Assembly: GCA_024679065.1 (NCBI GenBank)
Contig: JAGIQG010000015.1
Coordinates: forward strand, 45,632,001-45,696,000
Length of the DNA: 64,000 nucleotides
Origin: Sphyrna mokarran
Taxonomy: Eukaryota
Direction of reading: 5' to 3'
Shown here piece after piece: positions 48,846-61,650 of the stretch; the stretch's first letter is position 1; each line of letters starts with the position of its first letter. The notes below the pieces were generated by a model. The model did not search any database and was not told the origin of the DNA. It was given only the letters and a program-made list of their open reading frames with translations. The translations under genes were made by a program, and so were the position numbers.

Positions 48846-49721
48846 AATTACTAAAAGGGGCATTATGCAACTAAATACTACACATAACATTTGATGATGA
48901 GTTTAATGGATAACTACAAGGAAAATACATCAAATTCATACAAATAATGGGGAGGAGGGTATAGGGAGAGGAGGCTGGTTAGAGAAAATATGCTTTATCC
49001 TTGAAGCTTACAGCAGAGTATTCATATCGTCCTGCAATTTGTGTCATTTTGCAATTCATTGAAAATTTCTTCATGCTTCAATTTTCTGGTCAAGTTATGC
49101 ACGAATCACATTATGCATCATGCAAACACTGTCATCAGAGCAGCAAGCTCTGGCCCATAATGTTAGTACAGAAACTACTTGTTGGACGAGTAGTTACTCG
49201 TCCTGGTATTCAAATTGTTAAAGAGACCCATCCTTAAGTCTGAATGAATTGCTGTGACAGAACTAATTAAACTCTTGGGGAAAATAATGCACAAATAATA
49301 AGAAGCTGATCAGACATTTTTAATTTATCTTTCAATTTGCGAAAGAAAATGTTGCTCATTCAAGTTGCACTAATTGAGCCCACAGCTATATATGCAAATT
49401 TAAACCAAGTACATTGAACACTTGCCACAGCAAATAGCTACTACAGAAATAGAATCCAATCATAAGGGTGGTAACAGATTTTTTTTAAACTACAGTAGAA
49501 ATGTTTGCCTCTTTTTATGCCATGTTCTTATTTATTGCATTGTGTGGTTGTTTCACAATCTTGTCACAGACTTACCCATAGAATTATCATCTATAGAAAG
49601 AACAGACAAGTTTAATTTTCATATGTGACCCCCTTCTCAGAATTGAAATTATAGGATAACAGGGAGTTTAATGGTAATCATAAATTATTAATCTGAGTAC
49701 AAAGTACGATGTAGTATATTT

Positions 49722-49830
49722 TTTGATGAAAGGTTATTAATCCAAAACATTGGACTTCTCTCTGCATAGATGCTGTCTGATCTGAGTATTTCTAGCATTC
49801 TCTGGTTTTATTTCAGATTTCTGGACCAAC
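49722..49830 (+). mobile_element. Penelope-like pLTR fragment
   Basis: TGATGAAAGGTTA..AAACATT..CATAGATGCTG..CTGAGTATTTCTAGCATT. Confidence 0.55.
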
Positions 49831-49949
49831 AGCATTTTCTTTCCTATTTTAACATTGTATAGCTGAATTCATAATTGCAGTGAAAGTATTTAATTCAATC
49901 TAAAAATTAATGACAAATGGACTCTTTTGCTGATTTGAAATACACTTAA

Positions 49950-51787
49950 TTTTAGCCAAGAGACAAATGGAAACATTACAACATGTGAATGCCGATGCTC
50001 TTTCACATCTACCAATTCATGACAAAGCCAAATCTCAGAAGAACTATGTGAACATCTTGCACTTTTCCCAGTTTGGTAGTATACCCATTACAGCCTCTCA
50101 AGTGCAAAGACATATGTGGCCCCTGTGTTGGGAAAGGTCACAGACATGATGTTAATTGGAATATCATTGAATAAACAGAGGAGAAATCCTGAATTCAAGC
50201 CATACTGATCAAGGAAACTTGAATGAGCGCTATAAAGTGAAGTAATCCTATAGGGAATTAATGTGATCACTCCTCAAGGAGTTGAATTCTGGATCAACTT
50301 CACAAAGTATATGTAGGAGGTGTGTTTATAAAATAACTTGCAAGGAGTTATTTCTGGTGGCCAAGATTAGGCTCACAGATTGAAGAAAGAGTAGGACAAA
50401 AGTAAGTCTTTTACTCAGACACAAAATTCTCCACCTCTTCAACCACTTCACTGATAAGATTGGCTGAGACAAACATGGCAAAGAGTTCATATTAACTTCT
50501 TGGGACCAATTGAAGAATATATGTTTCTTGTCTGACTGGGCACAAATTCCATTTGGTTTGAAATCATGATGTTGAAATCGACAATTCCTGAAAAGATAAT
50601 TGAATGAATTGATGACGTAATTGTATAATTTGGTAGGCTGGAGCAATCAACATTAACAGAACTCAGCAATTCAGGGGCTACCTCAGAAATCATGATATAC
50701 AACATATCAAACTGCATCTTATCATCCTTCCACCAATATATTAGAGAAGAGGTTGGCACAGTTATTGAAGAATACCAAAAAGTATCGAAGAAGGAAGGAC
50801 CATTAGCCAAAAGAGTGAACATTATTTTTTCAAATCCTAAAAAACACAGCCCATGTGACAACCTAAAACTCATGTCAATATTGTTTCTGAAGAGGAAATT
50901 GAGATCTAAATTTGACCACATGGCACTTCCACCATAGTAGAGTGACAACAACAAAATCAAGTTACTCGCTGTGAACAGACATAAAAACAAAAAGAATTTT
51001 TTCAAGGCAAAAGAGTTTTAGTGAGAAATGACTCTTCAAGTGAGAAGTGGTTACTGTCACAATACTCACAAAGATAGGGCCTATTTCTTATATGGTGCAA
51101 ACCAATGATGAGAGTGTTTGGAAAATCAAATTCTTGCTTCAAAAAGATAATTTGTTGTGTCAGCGTTTGAAAGGCCAACATCTGACATTCAAGGTTTAGA
51201 AATTCCTGAACCCATGATCATGATGGAGTTGAATTCAGATTTGACAACAGTTGAACCAACTGCATCTGGAGAAGCTGAAGAAGAGCCAACTTTATCAGAT
51301 TCCCATCCAAGATCAACACACATTTCTGTTGTCCGCCTCTCAGCTGCTCTGGCTCTATGGCGGGCGAGGTGGTAGAATTCTAGCAGTGTCTGAGCCAAGT
51401 GGTGAACAGAGTACTAAGAGCTTGAAAGCACAGACTTCTGAATAATGGATGCTGCCTAAGCCCACCTTAAAGACTCTCAAACTGATTGAATGTATGTATA
51501 AAACAGTACATAATGATATTTGGTAAAATAATTATTCTTCTTAGTGAATAAGAGTTACTGTTATTTGTACTATTGGAGTAAAGGAGGAGAATTGTTATGT
51601 GTTTTAGACCAATACATCTCTGTGTCATGTATCACATGATTACATAGTGACATCATCAAAGGCACTTAGGAGATTTTCCCTCTCTTCCATTCTGGAATGA
51701 AAGTGAGCAACATCTATCTAATAAATCTCCACAAACTGGTTAAGTAACCCAGTAACCTTTTCATTCTGACCACTTTAGAATACAACA
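49950..51787 (+). mobile_element. Gypsy LTR retrotransposon remnant (RNase H end, integrase, PPT, 3' LTR)
   Basis: NADALSHLP; LARSYFWWP; WQRVHINFLGP; PPT AAAGGAGGAGAA then LTR TGTTATG..TACAACA (51593-51787). Confidence 0.85.
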
Positions 51788-51855
51788 ACATTTTATACCC
51801 AGGGATATTGCATCAAGCATGTAAGCATCAATAGTAAACAGACATATTTGTCTGT

Positions 51856-53420
51856 TTGAAGTTGGATAAGTCCCCTGGGCCGGACGGGATTTACCCTAGG
51901 ATTCTCTGGGAGGCAAGAGAGGAGATTGCAGAGCCTCTGGCTCTGATCTTCAGGTCGTCGTTAGTTACGAGTGTGGTTCCGGAGGACTGGAGAATAGCGA
52001 ATGTGGTCCCATTGTTCAAGAAGGGGAAGAGAGACCTTCCAGGGAATTATAGGCCAGTGAGTCTTACTTCTGTTGTGGGCAAAGTATTGGAGAGAATTAT
52101 TAGGGATAGGATTTATAGTTATTTAGAGAGAAATGAATTGATTGGGATAGTCAGCATGGTTTTGTGAAGGGTAGGTCGTGCCTTACTAACCTCATTGAGT
52201 TTTTTGAAAGAGTGACCAAAGAGGTGGATGGGGGTAAGGCGGTTGATGTGGTATATATGGACTTTAGTAAGGCGTTTGATAAGGTGCCCATGGAAGACTT
52301 CTGCAGAAAATGCAGATGTATGGGATAGAGGGTGATTTAGCTAATTGGATTAGGAATTGGCTAGCTGATAGAAGACAGAGGGTGGTGGTTGATGGAAATT
52401 ATTCATCGTGGAGTTCGGTTACAAGTGGTGTACCTCAGTGATCTGTTTTGGGGCCCCTGCTGTTTGTAATTTTTATAAATGATCTGGATGAGGGTATTGA
52501 GGGATGGATTAGTAAATTTGCGGATGACACCAAAGTCGGAGGAGTGGTAGATAGTGAAGAGGGGTGTTATAGCTTGCAGAGAGACTTTGACAAGTTGCAG
52601 AGCTGGGCCGAGAGGTGGCAAATGGAGTTTAATGTGGAAAAGTGTGAGGTAATGCACGTTGGCAGGAATAATAAATGTGTAGAGTATAGGGCTAATGGTA
52701 GGATTCTTAATAGTGTCGATGAACAGAGGGATCTTGGTGTATATGTGCATAGATCCCTGAAAGTAGGCAGTCAAGTCGATAAGGTTGTTAAGAAGGCATA
52801 TGGAGTCTTAGCTTTTATTGGTAGGGTGATTGAATTTCGGAGCCGCAACGTCATGTTGCAACTGTACAAAACTCTAGTGCGGCCGCACTTGAGTATTGTG
52901 TGCAGTTCTGGTCCCCACATTATAAGAAAGATGTGGAGGCATTGGAGAGGGTACAGAGGAGGTTTACCAGGATGTTGCCTGGTATGGAGGGCAGTTCTTA
53001 TGAAGAGAGGCTGAGGGATTTGAGGTTGTTTTCGTTAGAAAGGAGGCGGCTAAGAGGGGACCTAATCGAAACATATAAGATGATTTAGAGGTTTAGATAG
53101 GGTGGACAGTGATAGCCTTTTTCCTAGGATGGAGAAAGCTAGCACGAGGGGACACAGCTTTAAATTAAGGGGTGATAGTTATAGGACGGATATCAGAGGT
53201 AGGTTCTTTACCCAAAAGGGTGGTTCGGGAGTGGAATGCCCTGCCTGCAGCAGTTGTAGATGCGCCAAGTTTGGTGGCGTTTAAGAGTTTAGTTGATAAG
53301 TATATGGAAGAGAAGGGAATGGTTTAGTTTGGAGGGGCATTGCTTTTTATATTGGTCGGCGCAACATCGAAGGCCGAAGGGCCTGTTCTGTGCTGTAATG
53401 TTCTATGTTCTATGTTCTAT
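51856..53420 (+). mobile_element. Young 5'-truncated CR1
   Basis: KSPGPDGIYPR, NYRPVSLTS, SKFADDTK; (TTCTATG)n tail; a few frameshifts. Confidence 0.95.
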
Positions 53421-53943
53421 ATAAATCAAACACAGAACTGATTATGACACTTTCTATCTGTTTATTTCAGAGGACCATCACCAGGGAATTTGATGATACA
53501 TTCAATGAAAGTGATGATAATGGCTCTGAGTGTTCCTACAGAGAGGGAAGAATTATAGCTCCTCTCCCTATTATGTCCCAAAATCAACTGCTGAATTCCC
53601 TGTTGACAGCAATGTCCTCACCAAAATTCTTGCTCAGTGGGTAAAATCTCCCACTCAGGATGCCAATGCTGCAAGCTAGGCAGGAACAACAAGACTCGTA
53701 ACCTACTACGTCATCACTACTTGGAGGGAGTGGAGGAGTAATGGCCTTTATTCTTGAAGCTTGTGCTGAGCTTCACCGGAGCAGTCTGCAAACTCAAAGA
53801 TGTGGATGTCTCCATGGTGGGAGGTGGGGGGAGGCAAATATATTAATATAGATAGAGGATTGGTTAGCTAATGGAATGTAGAGAATAGCAAAAATGGGTC
53901 ATCTTGGCATTGGCAAGCTGTAACAAGCGAAGTGCCATAGGAA

Positions 53944-54106
53944 AATAGAACATAGAACATAGAACATTACAGCGCAGTACAGGCCCTTCGGCCCTCAATG
54001 TTGCGCCGGCCAGTGGACCCTCTAACCTAAACTATTCCAATATCATCCATATGCCTATCCACCGACCATTTGAATGCCCCCAAAGTAGGCGAGTCTACAA
54101 CTGCTG
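53944..54106 (-). mobile_element. Short young CR1 3' end
   Basis: Nearly identical to 24543-24705. Confidence 0.95.
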
Positions 54107-54734
54107 TGGTGTGGCCACAGTGCTGTGGCCACATCAATATCAATCTTGAGATGAAGACCCTGAATGTAAGTTAGCAAAACGTCCTGATAACAAACAGTTA
54201 GGGAGAGAAGTATGTTGCCAAGAGACTGTAAAGGCTGGAGTTCCTCTGCACACTTAGAGCTAGAAATGTCTGCCCAAAGTCAACGGGTATTCAGCTAGTC
54301 CATTAAATTTTATGTTCCACCTACATTGATTCCTGCTGTGGACACGATTGAAAATCCCAGGCAAAAGGGTCTGCAGAAGCTTTTTCATAGGCTAAGTGAG
54401 TGGGTAAAAGAATTAGAAAATGGAATACTTCCACTTTTTCACAGAGGACTCTGGGTTTTTGGTACATGAATCACAAAAACGTTAGGATGCAGGTATAGCA
54501 AATGATTAAGAAGGGAAATGGAATGTTGACATTTATGGTAAGGGGAATCAAATATAAAAGTACAGAAGTGTTGCTACAGTTGTGCTGGGCCTTAGTGAGA
54601 CTGCATCTGAAGTATTGTGCACTGCTTTGGTTTCCTTAAGCATAAACCTTTATTAGAAGCAGTTCAGAGAAGGATTTGACTGATTCCTGGGATGGAGATG
54701 TCTTATGAGAAAAGATTTAGCAATTTGGGGCTAT

Positions 54735-56590
54735 AGTCTGTGATTTAGAAACAGAAATAGGAGCTGGTGAAGGTCATTCAACCCTTCTATCCTGCTCCAA
54801 TATTCATTATGATCACAGCTGAATATCCAACTCAATAACCTATTTCTGCTTTCCCCATATCTTTTGATCCCTTTAGCCCCAAAAGCTATATCTAACTCCT
54901 TTTTGAAGACATGCAATAATTTGGTTTCAACTGCTTTCTGTGGTGGTGAATTCCACTCTCTCAGTGAAGAAATTTCTCTTCATCTTAGCCCTAAATGGTT
55001 TACCCTGTGTCCTCACAATATGACCCCTGGCTTTTGGACTCACCTGCCATCAAGAATTTTCTTCCTACATTTAATCATGTTAGAATTTTATAGATTATTA
55101 TGAAATCCCTCCTCATTCTTCTAAACATCTGTAAATATAATCCAAACTGATTCAATCTCTCCTCATGCATCAGTCCTACCATTCCAGAAATCAGTCTGGT
55201 AAACATTTGATACACAATCTGCATAGCAAGAACATCCTTCCTCAGATCCTCAAATAAGGAGCCCAAAACTACACACAATACTCCAGGTGTGGACTCACCA
55301 ACACCCTGTATAATTGCAGCAAGACATCACTAATTCCTGCACTCGAATTCTCTCATTATGAAGACCAATGTGCCATTTGCCATTTTCACAACCCACTGCA
55401 CCTGCATGTTTACTTTCAAAGACTGGTGTATGAGGACATCCAGTTCTTGTAGCACATTACCTTCTCTCAACCTATAGCCATTCAGATAATAATCTGTCTT
55501 CCTGTTTTAGCTACCAAAATGAATGACCTCGCATTTATCCATATTTTAATGCATCTGTCATGCATTTACCCACTCACTCAACATGTCCACATGAAACATC
55601 TCTGCATCCTCCTCACAGCTGACCTTCTCTCCCAGCCTTTTGTCATCTGCAAATCTAGTGGAGCAATTTTCATTCCCTCATCTAAATCGTAAGTATGTAT
55701 TGTGAATAGCTTTGTCCTAACATTGTTCCCTGCAGTTCCCCACCAATCACTGCCTGCCATTTGGAAAAAGATCTGTTTATTGCTGTTTGTTTCCTGTCTG
55801 CCAATCAGTTTCCTCTGTGCCCCAACACCCTACCCTTAATTCAATGCCCTTTAATGTTACATGTTGATCTCTTATTTGAGGCATTGTTCAAAGCCTTTTG
55901 AAAGTTCAAATAAGCCACATCCTCTGGTTCCCCCTAACTAGTTCTATTTGTACAATCTTGAAGAATTGTAGTTATTTGCCAAGCAAGATTTTCTTTTCAT
56001 AAATCCATACTAACTCAATCATATTATGGTCACTCACATCCACATGGCCTCACACAACTAGATTGTCAATTATTTCTTTCTCATTACACAATACCCAGTC
56101 CAGAATGGCCTGTTCTCAACATATTGATCCAGAAAACAATGCTTATACACTCCAGGAATTCCTCCTCTATGGTATTGTTACTAATTTGATTAGCCCGATC
56201 TATATGCAGATTGATATCACCCATAAGTAAGATGTTCCTTTAAAACATGCATCTCCAATTTCCTCTTTAATGTCATGCCCAAAATCATCACTATAGTTTG
56301 GACGTCTGTACACCACGCCCACTATTGCTTTTGATCCCTGATGTTTCTTAGCTTTACCCATATAGATTTGGCATCATTGGAGCAAATATCCTTCCTTGCC
56401 ATAGCATTAATTTCTCCATTAACCAGCAATGCAACCTCACTGACTTCTACTTTCTGCGTGTTCTTCCTAAATGCCAAATACCCCTGAATGCTCAGTTCCC
56501 ATCCCTGCTCACTCTGCAGCCATGTCTCCATAATACCCGTTTACATCTATTTGCACAATTAATCCATCTACTTTTTGCAAATGCTCATTG
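54735..56590 (-). mobile_element. Old CR1 with internal deletions
   Basis: ETWLQSEQGWELSIQGY (endonuclease), TTTGTCATCTGCAAAT (FADDK on minus), tail near 54750. Confidence 0.85.
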
Positions 56591-56940
56591 GATTAATAAT
56601 CTAGAGTCCTAGGGCAATGCTCTGGAAGTAAGGGTCTGAATCCCACCACAGCAGATGGTGAAATCTGAATTCAATAAGATCTGAATGATCTAATGTCTAA
56701 TGATGCCCATAAAATCATTGTTGATCGTCATAAAAACTGTTTCACCAATGTCCTTTAGGGAAGGGAACCTGTTGCCCTTTCCTAGCCTGGCCTACATGTG
56801 ACTCTAGAGCTACACCAGTGATTGACTCTTAAATGCCATCTTAAATGGTCAAGCAAGCCACCCACTTCAAGGGCATTTAGCGATGTGCAACAAAACTGCT
56901 GGCCCAACCAGTGACACCCACATTCCAAGAATAGATAAGA
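56590..56940 (+). mobile_element. Deu-domain SINE (SacSINE1-like)
   Basis: AATCCCACCACAGCAGATGGTGAAAT..GTCCTTTAGGGAAGG..GGCCTACATGTGACTC..GACACCCACATTCC. Confidence 0.85.
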
Positions 56941-57628
56941 AAAATGTAATACATACTCACCCAGCCATACTCACCCAATTAGCTGCTGCCACTTGTCCTG
57001 TACCACTTTTGAATGCTGATGTTACCTCCAAACTCTCAGCGAACACTAAGATTTCTCACTGCACTGTCAGGACATTTAGCTGTGAGATCTCTCTTTTGCG
57101 AATAGAGATGAACTTATTGAAACAAATTATACTGAGGGGACATGACATGATGATGCTAAGAGGATGTTTCCCCTGGTGGGGGACTCGAGAACAGTTTGAA
57201 AATTTAAGGATCTCCAATTTAAGATTGAGATTAGAGAAATTTATTTCCTTTCAATGGAGTCATTGAACTATGGAATTCTATTTCCAGAGAACAGTGAAAG
57301 CTGGGTCGTTGGGTATATTCAAGGCTGAGTTAGATAGATTTTTGAACAACAAGGGAGTTGAGGGTTATGATGAAGACAGGGAAGTGGAGTTAAGGCCATA
57401 ATCAAATCAGCTTTGTTCTTAACAAATGGTGAAGCAGACTCAAGGAGCCAAACAACTTGTTCCTGCACCAAATCCTTGTGTTCACATGCCAGGGCAGCAA
57501 GGGGAAACAGTTTTAAAATGGTGCAGTGCAGATACCTTGCTGTTGTAGAGTAAAGAGTTAACATCAGTAACATCCATGATGCTAAAGTCATCATGATCTC
57601 AGATCACTTGACTGAGGAGGAGAACTTC

Positions 57629-58281
57629 GACAGAATTTTACTCTCTTCCCAAGGTGGGTTTTAATGCGGGTGTGGAGAGGTGGGTGAATATAAAATTGAA
57701 TGGACAGAATGCCCCCTGGTGACACACTCATCCATTCTCCTACTAAGACCTTTATTTGGCTGCCTAATTACTACTTAAGGGCTTGATCCCACCTAACCTC
57801 AATTTTAGATTGGCAAAAGGTGGGTACAAGGGAGGGTAGTAAATAGATATTTCCACTTTTTCCAATTGCAACAGGGAAATGGGGGTGTCAGGGAGTGAAG
57901 TCTCACTTTAAGGATTCCCTCAGAATTGGGATGCTAACTCTCAGGATGTTGACATTTCAGGTTTCCCTTCTCCTGTCCTACCCCCACTGCCACAATGGCA
58001 CTCCCCCTCCCAATTGTCCCAGACATCCCCTACCCTTCTGCCTCTGGGATTTCCAGAACTTACCATTTCTAAACTCTTAGAACATGATCCCAGGCACAGT
58101 GTGCAATATCACTTCTGGCCACTGTAGCTCTGTGCCTAATAGGTTAAAGAGCTGTTAGCCAATCTCATTGGCCATCTACTGTCAATTGATGCTCAATTGA
58201 GTGTGAAATGGCAATGGGAGTTTGAAAGTCAATAGCTGAGCTTCTGATGCTGACTCTTGGGATGAAGAATGCCAATCGCTC
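57629..58281. mobile_element. Probable non-autonomous Harbinger-like element
   Basis: Imperfect TIRs GACAGAATTTT / AAAATTCTACC. Confidence 0.45.
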
Positions 58282-59889
58282 GCTATCCTCAAAATTCTAC
58301 CCCTTGTGCAGAGATCCAAATGTGTAAATAGCAGATGTGTAAAGAGAGCAATGGGTTAAAGGATCAAGCTGTGGACTCAGGGAGAGTAAGGCCCCGAGCA
58401 CACAAAAAAATAGGTGCCAGAGTTGCAGACAGAAAGAAAACATTTCATGAATTTTAGTATGAACATATGGTGCTCTCTATTTCTTAAATACAGATTAGGT
58501 GATGACTATGCAAAATATCTTCATTCTATTGTAAGTACCAAGTCACCTCAGGAACCTTAAGTTAATGACTCTGCCCATTCTCATTCTCTGTTATTGGTGT
58601 TCAATACTATGCCAGTAAAACTCAATGCAAGTTTCAGGAATACTAGGAAAATATTTTATGTGTATAATTCTATCTGCTGAGGGGTGGACACTGAAATACC
58701 AGCCACCCGTCTGATGGTATTAATGAGAAACCCAACCGATTATGTTTGTATTCTTACTCGAATGGAGCCACTGTGCATGAATACAAACTAATGGAATGAA
58801 ATTCATGCGATGCCTGTGGTGAACCAAACTCTAAATAGGATCTCCAATGGGAGATGAGCATCTCTGTGGTCTGGTGGAGGGGATAATAGTGGGTAGGAAG
58901 ATTTTTTTCAATATTAATGTTCCTCTTGTCTCAGGAAAGAACTGTTTTTTTTGTTATCTTTATGGCATATTCTGCAGTGGTCCTTTTAGGGACTTCTGGT
59001 TCTTAGGGGACCCATATGGACAGTTTAGATTCCCCAAACACCCACCAATCACCCAATCTACCAATCAGTACTATGATTGAGCTAACTGAATAGAGATTGT
59101 CAACTTAACCTTTGCTCCATTTTAAATAAATTGCACTTATAGAAGCTTGTCAAATCTGTGCAGTATGCCCTCAGGCATTTTCCACTCTGATAAATCTCAC
59201 AGATGCTTTCTCCATCCAATTTTATCACTATTTTGCTCACCAAGATATGCAAGTCTCATCCCCTCAACTGTCGCACCCTCACAATCATAGTGACAATCAT
59301 CTAGCAAATGTACCATTGGAAATGCTCTGAACATAAGTGGCAGGAGGTGCAACTTGTTGTCATTCTGTACGTACAAACGTACCAAATTAATAGGCAGCCA
59401 GGGTCCCACAAATTGGGAATGCTCATACATTTCATTAATAAGATTTTATTTATGTGAGTGCTAATTATACAGGGAAGGAATTTTATGATGCATTCAATTC
59501 AACTCTGTGCTGCTGGTGGGGAAGAAGAAACTAGGTCAATGATTACAAATGAAAACATCTTGCATGATTTAACAAGACTTGATTAGACATGTATTAATTG
59601 CTCTGTAACTGATCACTCACGAGGGGAATTTTATTGCATGCTAAACCCAATCCTCAGCATGAATCAATAACCAATGTACAGCCAAATAATGAAAAGTAAG
59701 TTAGGGAGGGTAATACTGTGGCAAACAAAATAATTTGACTGATGTCCATTGTGATAAATATATCATCAGGAGAGATCCTGAGTTATCAATGAACTTGAGC
59801 AGTAGGAAGGAGGAGATTGCAGTTTTTAGCCACTGGATCATTCTGCAGAATGTAAAGAGCAAAAACTGACAGGGGGACAAACACCTTAG

Positions 59890-60130
59890 TAACAGAAATA
59901 AAACAGGAAGTGCAAGTAAAACTCAGCCAGCCTGTTTTTCCAGTCCTACCCTTCCTGGCACCAGAAAAGTCTGGCTGAGGTCAACAGACCTTTGCCTGTC
60001 TGTTGAACTCCATCCTGCCCACAATGGTTCCCACGTCACGTGTGACCAGAAAGTATCATCCATAATGTCGGGTAGCATCTGTGAAGAGAGAAACAGAGTT
60101 AATTCCAGAGTCCAACTTGACTATTCTTCC
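59890..60130 (-). mobile_element. Penelope-like pLTR fragment split by a MITE-like insert
   Basis: AAAACAGGAAGTGC..AAACTCAGC resumes after ~135 bp as GGTAGCATCTGTGAAGAGAGAAACAGAGTTAA. Confidence 0.55.
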
Positions 60131-60164
60131 TCCTGAGGATGCTTAATGCTTGTTTAAAGTTTTA

Positions 60165-60435
60165 AAGTTGGTTTATTATTGTCAAAAGTACATTACAATG
60201 AAGTCACTGTGAAAATCCCCGAGTTGCAACATTTTAGCGCCTGTTCGGATACACTGACGCAACATTTAGCATGGCGAATGCATCTAACCTCCTGTGGGAG
60301 GAAATTGGAGCACTTAGTGGGAACCCACACAGACAAGAACACGCAAATTCTGCAAAGACAGTGAGCCAAGCTGGGAATTGAACCTGGGTCCCTGATGCTG
60401 TGAGGCAGCAGTGCTAAACAATTGCCACCATGCTT
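60165..60435 (-). mobile_element. tRNA/V-core SINE with a non-CR1 tail
   Basis: CAATGAAGTCACTGTGAAAATCCCC tail; GGGAATTGAACCTGGGTCCCTG..GTGAGGCAGCAGTGCTAA head. Confidence 0.85.
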
Positions 60436-61650
60436 AGGCAGCAAAGATACAAATCTAGTGCTTGGTATCAGTGCTATAGAGATTCTGAAGCTCTTCTTTG
60501 GAGACAGTGTAATTCTATGCCTCTGAAGGGATGTGCACCACGGGTAAACTGAAGTTTTCATCAACACCTGCATTTCGATTCTGGCAGTGGGGAGATAAGC
60601 TCTCACCAGACTATAAAAATCTTCAGTATGACTCAGATATTTGAGGTTTTGGCCTGACATTCAAAGGAGCTCACAGTTGGGATGAGAGTGTGACAAATGC
60701 AACTTTTGAACAATTGTGCCTAACAACATTTATGCATAACACAGCCTTGCTGTTGCCAAATTCATTCTGAAGGCTAAAAAAGCCAATTATGTAATAGTGG
60801 AACTGTCACATATTAGTGTACTACTTTCCACAGAAGTAGTTCTGTAAAATATCCAGGGAATAAGACACCAAAACATAAACTATTTTCAGCCCTTTGTTTT
60901 TCATAGCTCTTTCTTCCTACGTTTCCAGTATTGGCACTTAATGTCAAGTCTGGTTATTGACACTTTTGTATTTCTGTTTTGCACTTATAATCCCTTTAAA
61001 AATGTTTTGGACAAGCTATGCATGAGAGAATTCAAAAATTGGGTTTTTTTCAGAGTTTCATGTCTCTGCTTAAACAACAAAGACCCAAAAATCCACAGAG
61101 GGTAAGACTGCAGTAACAATGCTGGAATTTCTGTCATGTACTCCACCAAAGTTTGCAAGATCAGGGAACGGTGCTGTTGATGGTGTGAAGGAGAGTTAGC
61201 AGAGTGCCATATCAAGGACAGAGTAGCTCAAGGAAGTGGGGGGTGTATGTGAATCACCAGTTTTCCCCAAAACTCCCTCCACACCTCCCCCCAACCTTCC
61301 ATATCCACATCACAACGTTAGTGACCTATGTGGTTTATGCAAAAAATGGAGCTTTCAGAAAAAATCTGCCTTGGTTTTTTTAGAATTTTAGACTGATGAT
61401 ATCCAGATAATCTCTTCTGGAGGCTGTTAAAAATGAGTTGAGTTGCCACATTCCTTTGAGGCTAAGGAATTCTTATTCAGAGTTCATTTTGTTGTCCATT
61501 ACAAATTGCCCTTTAAAAGATCATGGTGAGCCATCCCCTTGAACAATTGTAGTCTTTCACATGAAGGTACATCAACAGTGTAATACTGTATATGTCCTAA
61601 CTATGTTCGAGGTTGTGAGTTTTAAACAAGAAGAAAAATTAATTTGTACA

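Larger units (their letters stand above)
53840..57490 (+). mobile_element. Old CR1, fragmented by nested insertions
   Basis: Plus-strand RT pieces at 53840-54730 resume at about 57080-57490 (ATATTCAAGGCTGAGTTAGATAGATTTTTG, 3' tail). Confidence 0.7.

Noticed and set aside
53471-53644. Exon after a strong acceptor (RTITREFDDTFNESDD...)
   Set aside because: No convincing donor, runs into a MITE-like sequence, no recognisable homology.
59197-59430. Minus-strand ORF with possible splice sites
   Set aside because: Weak acceptor and an unrecognised peptide.
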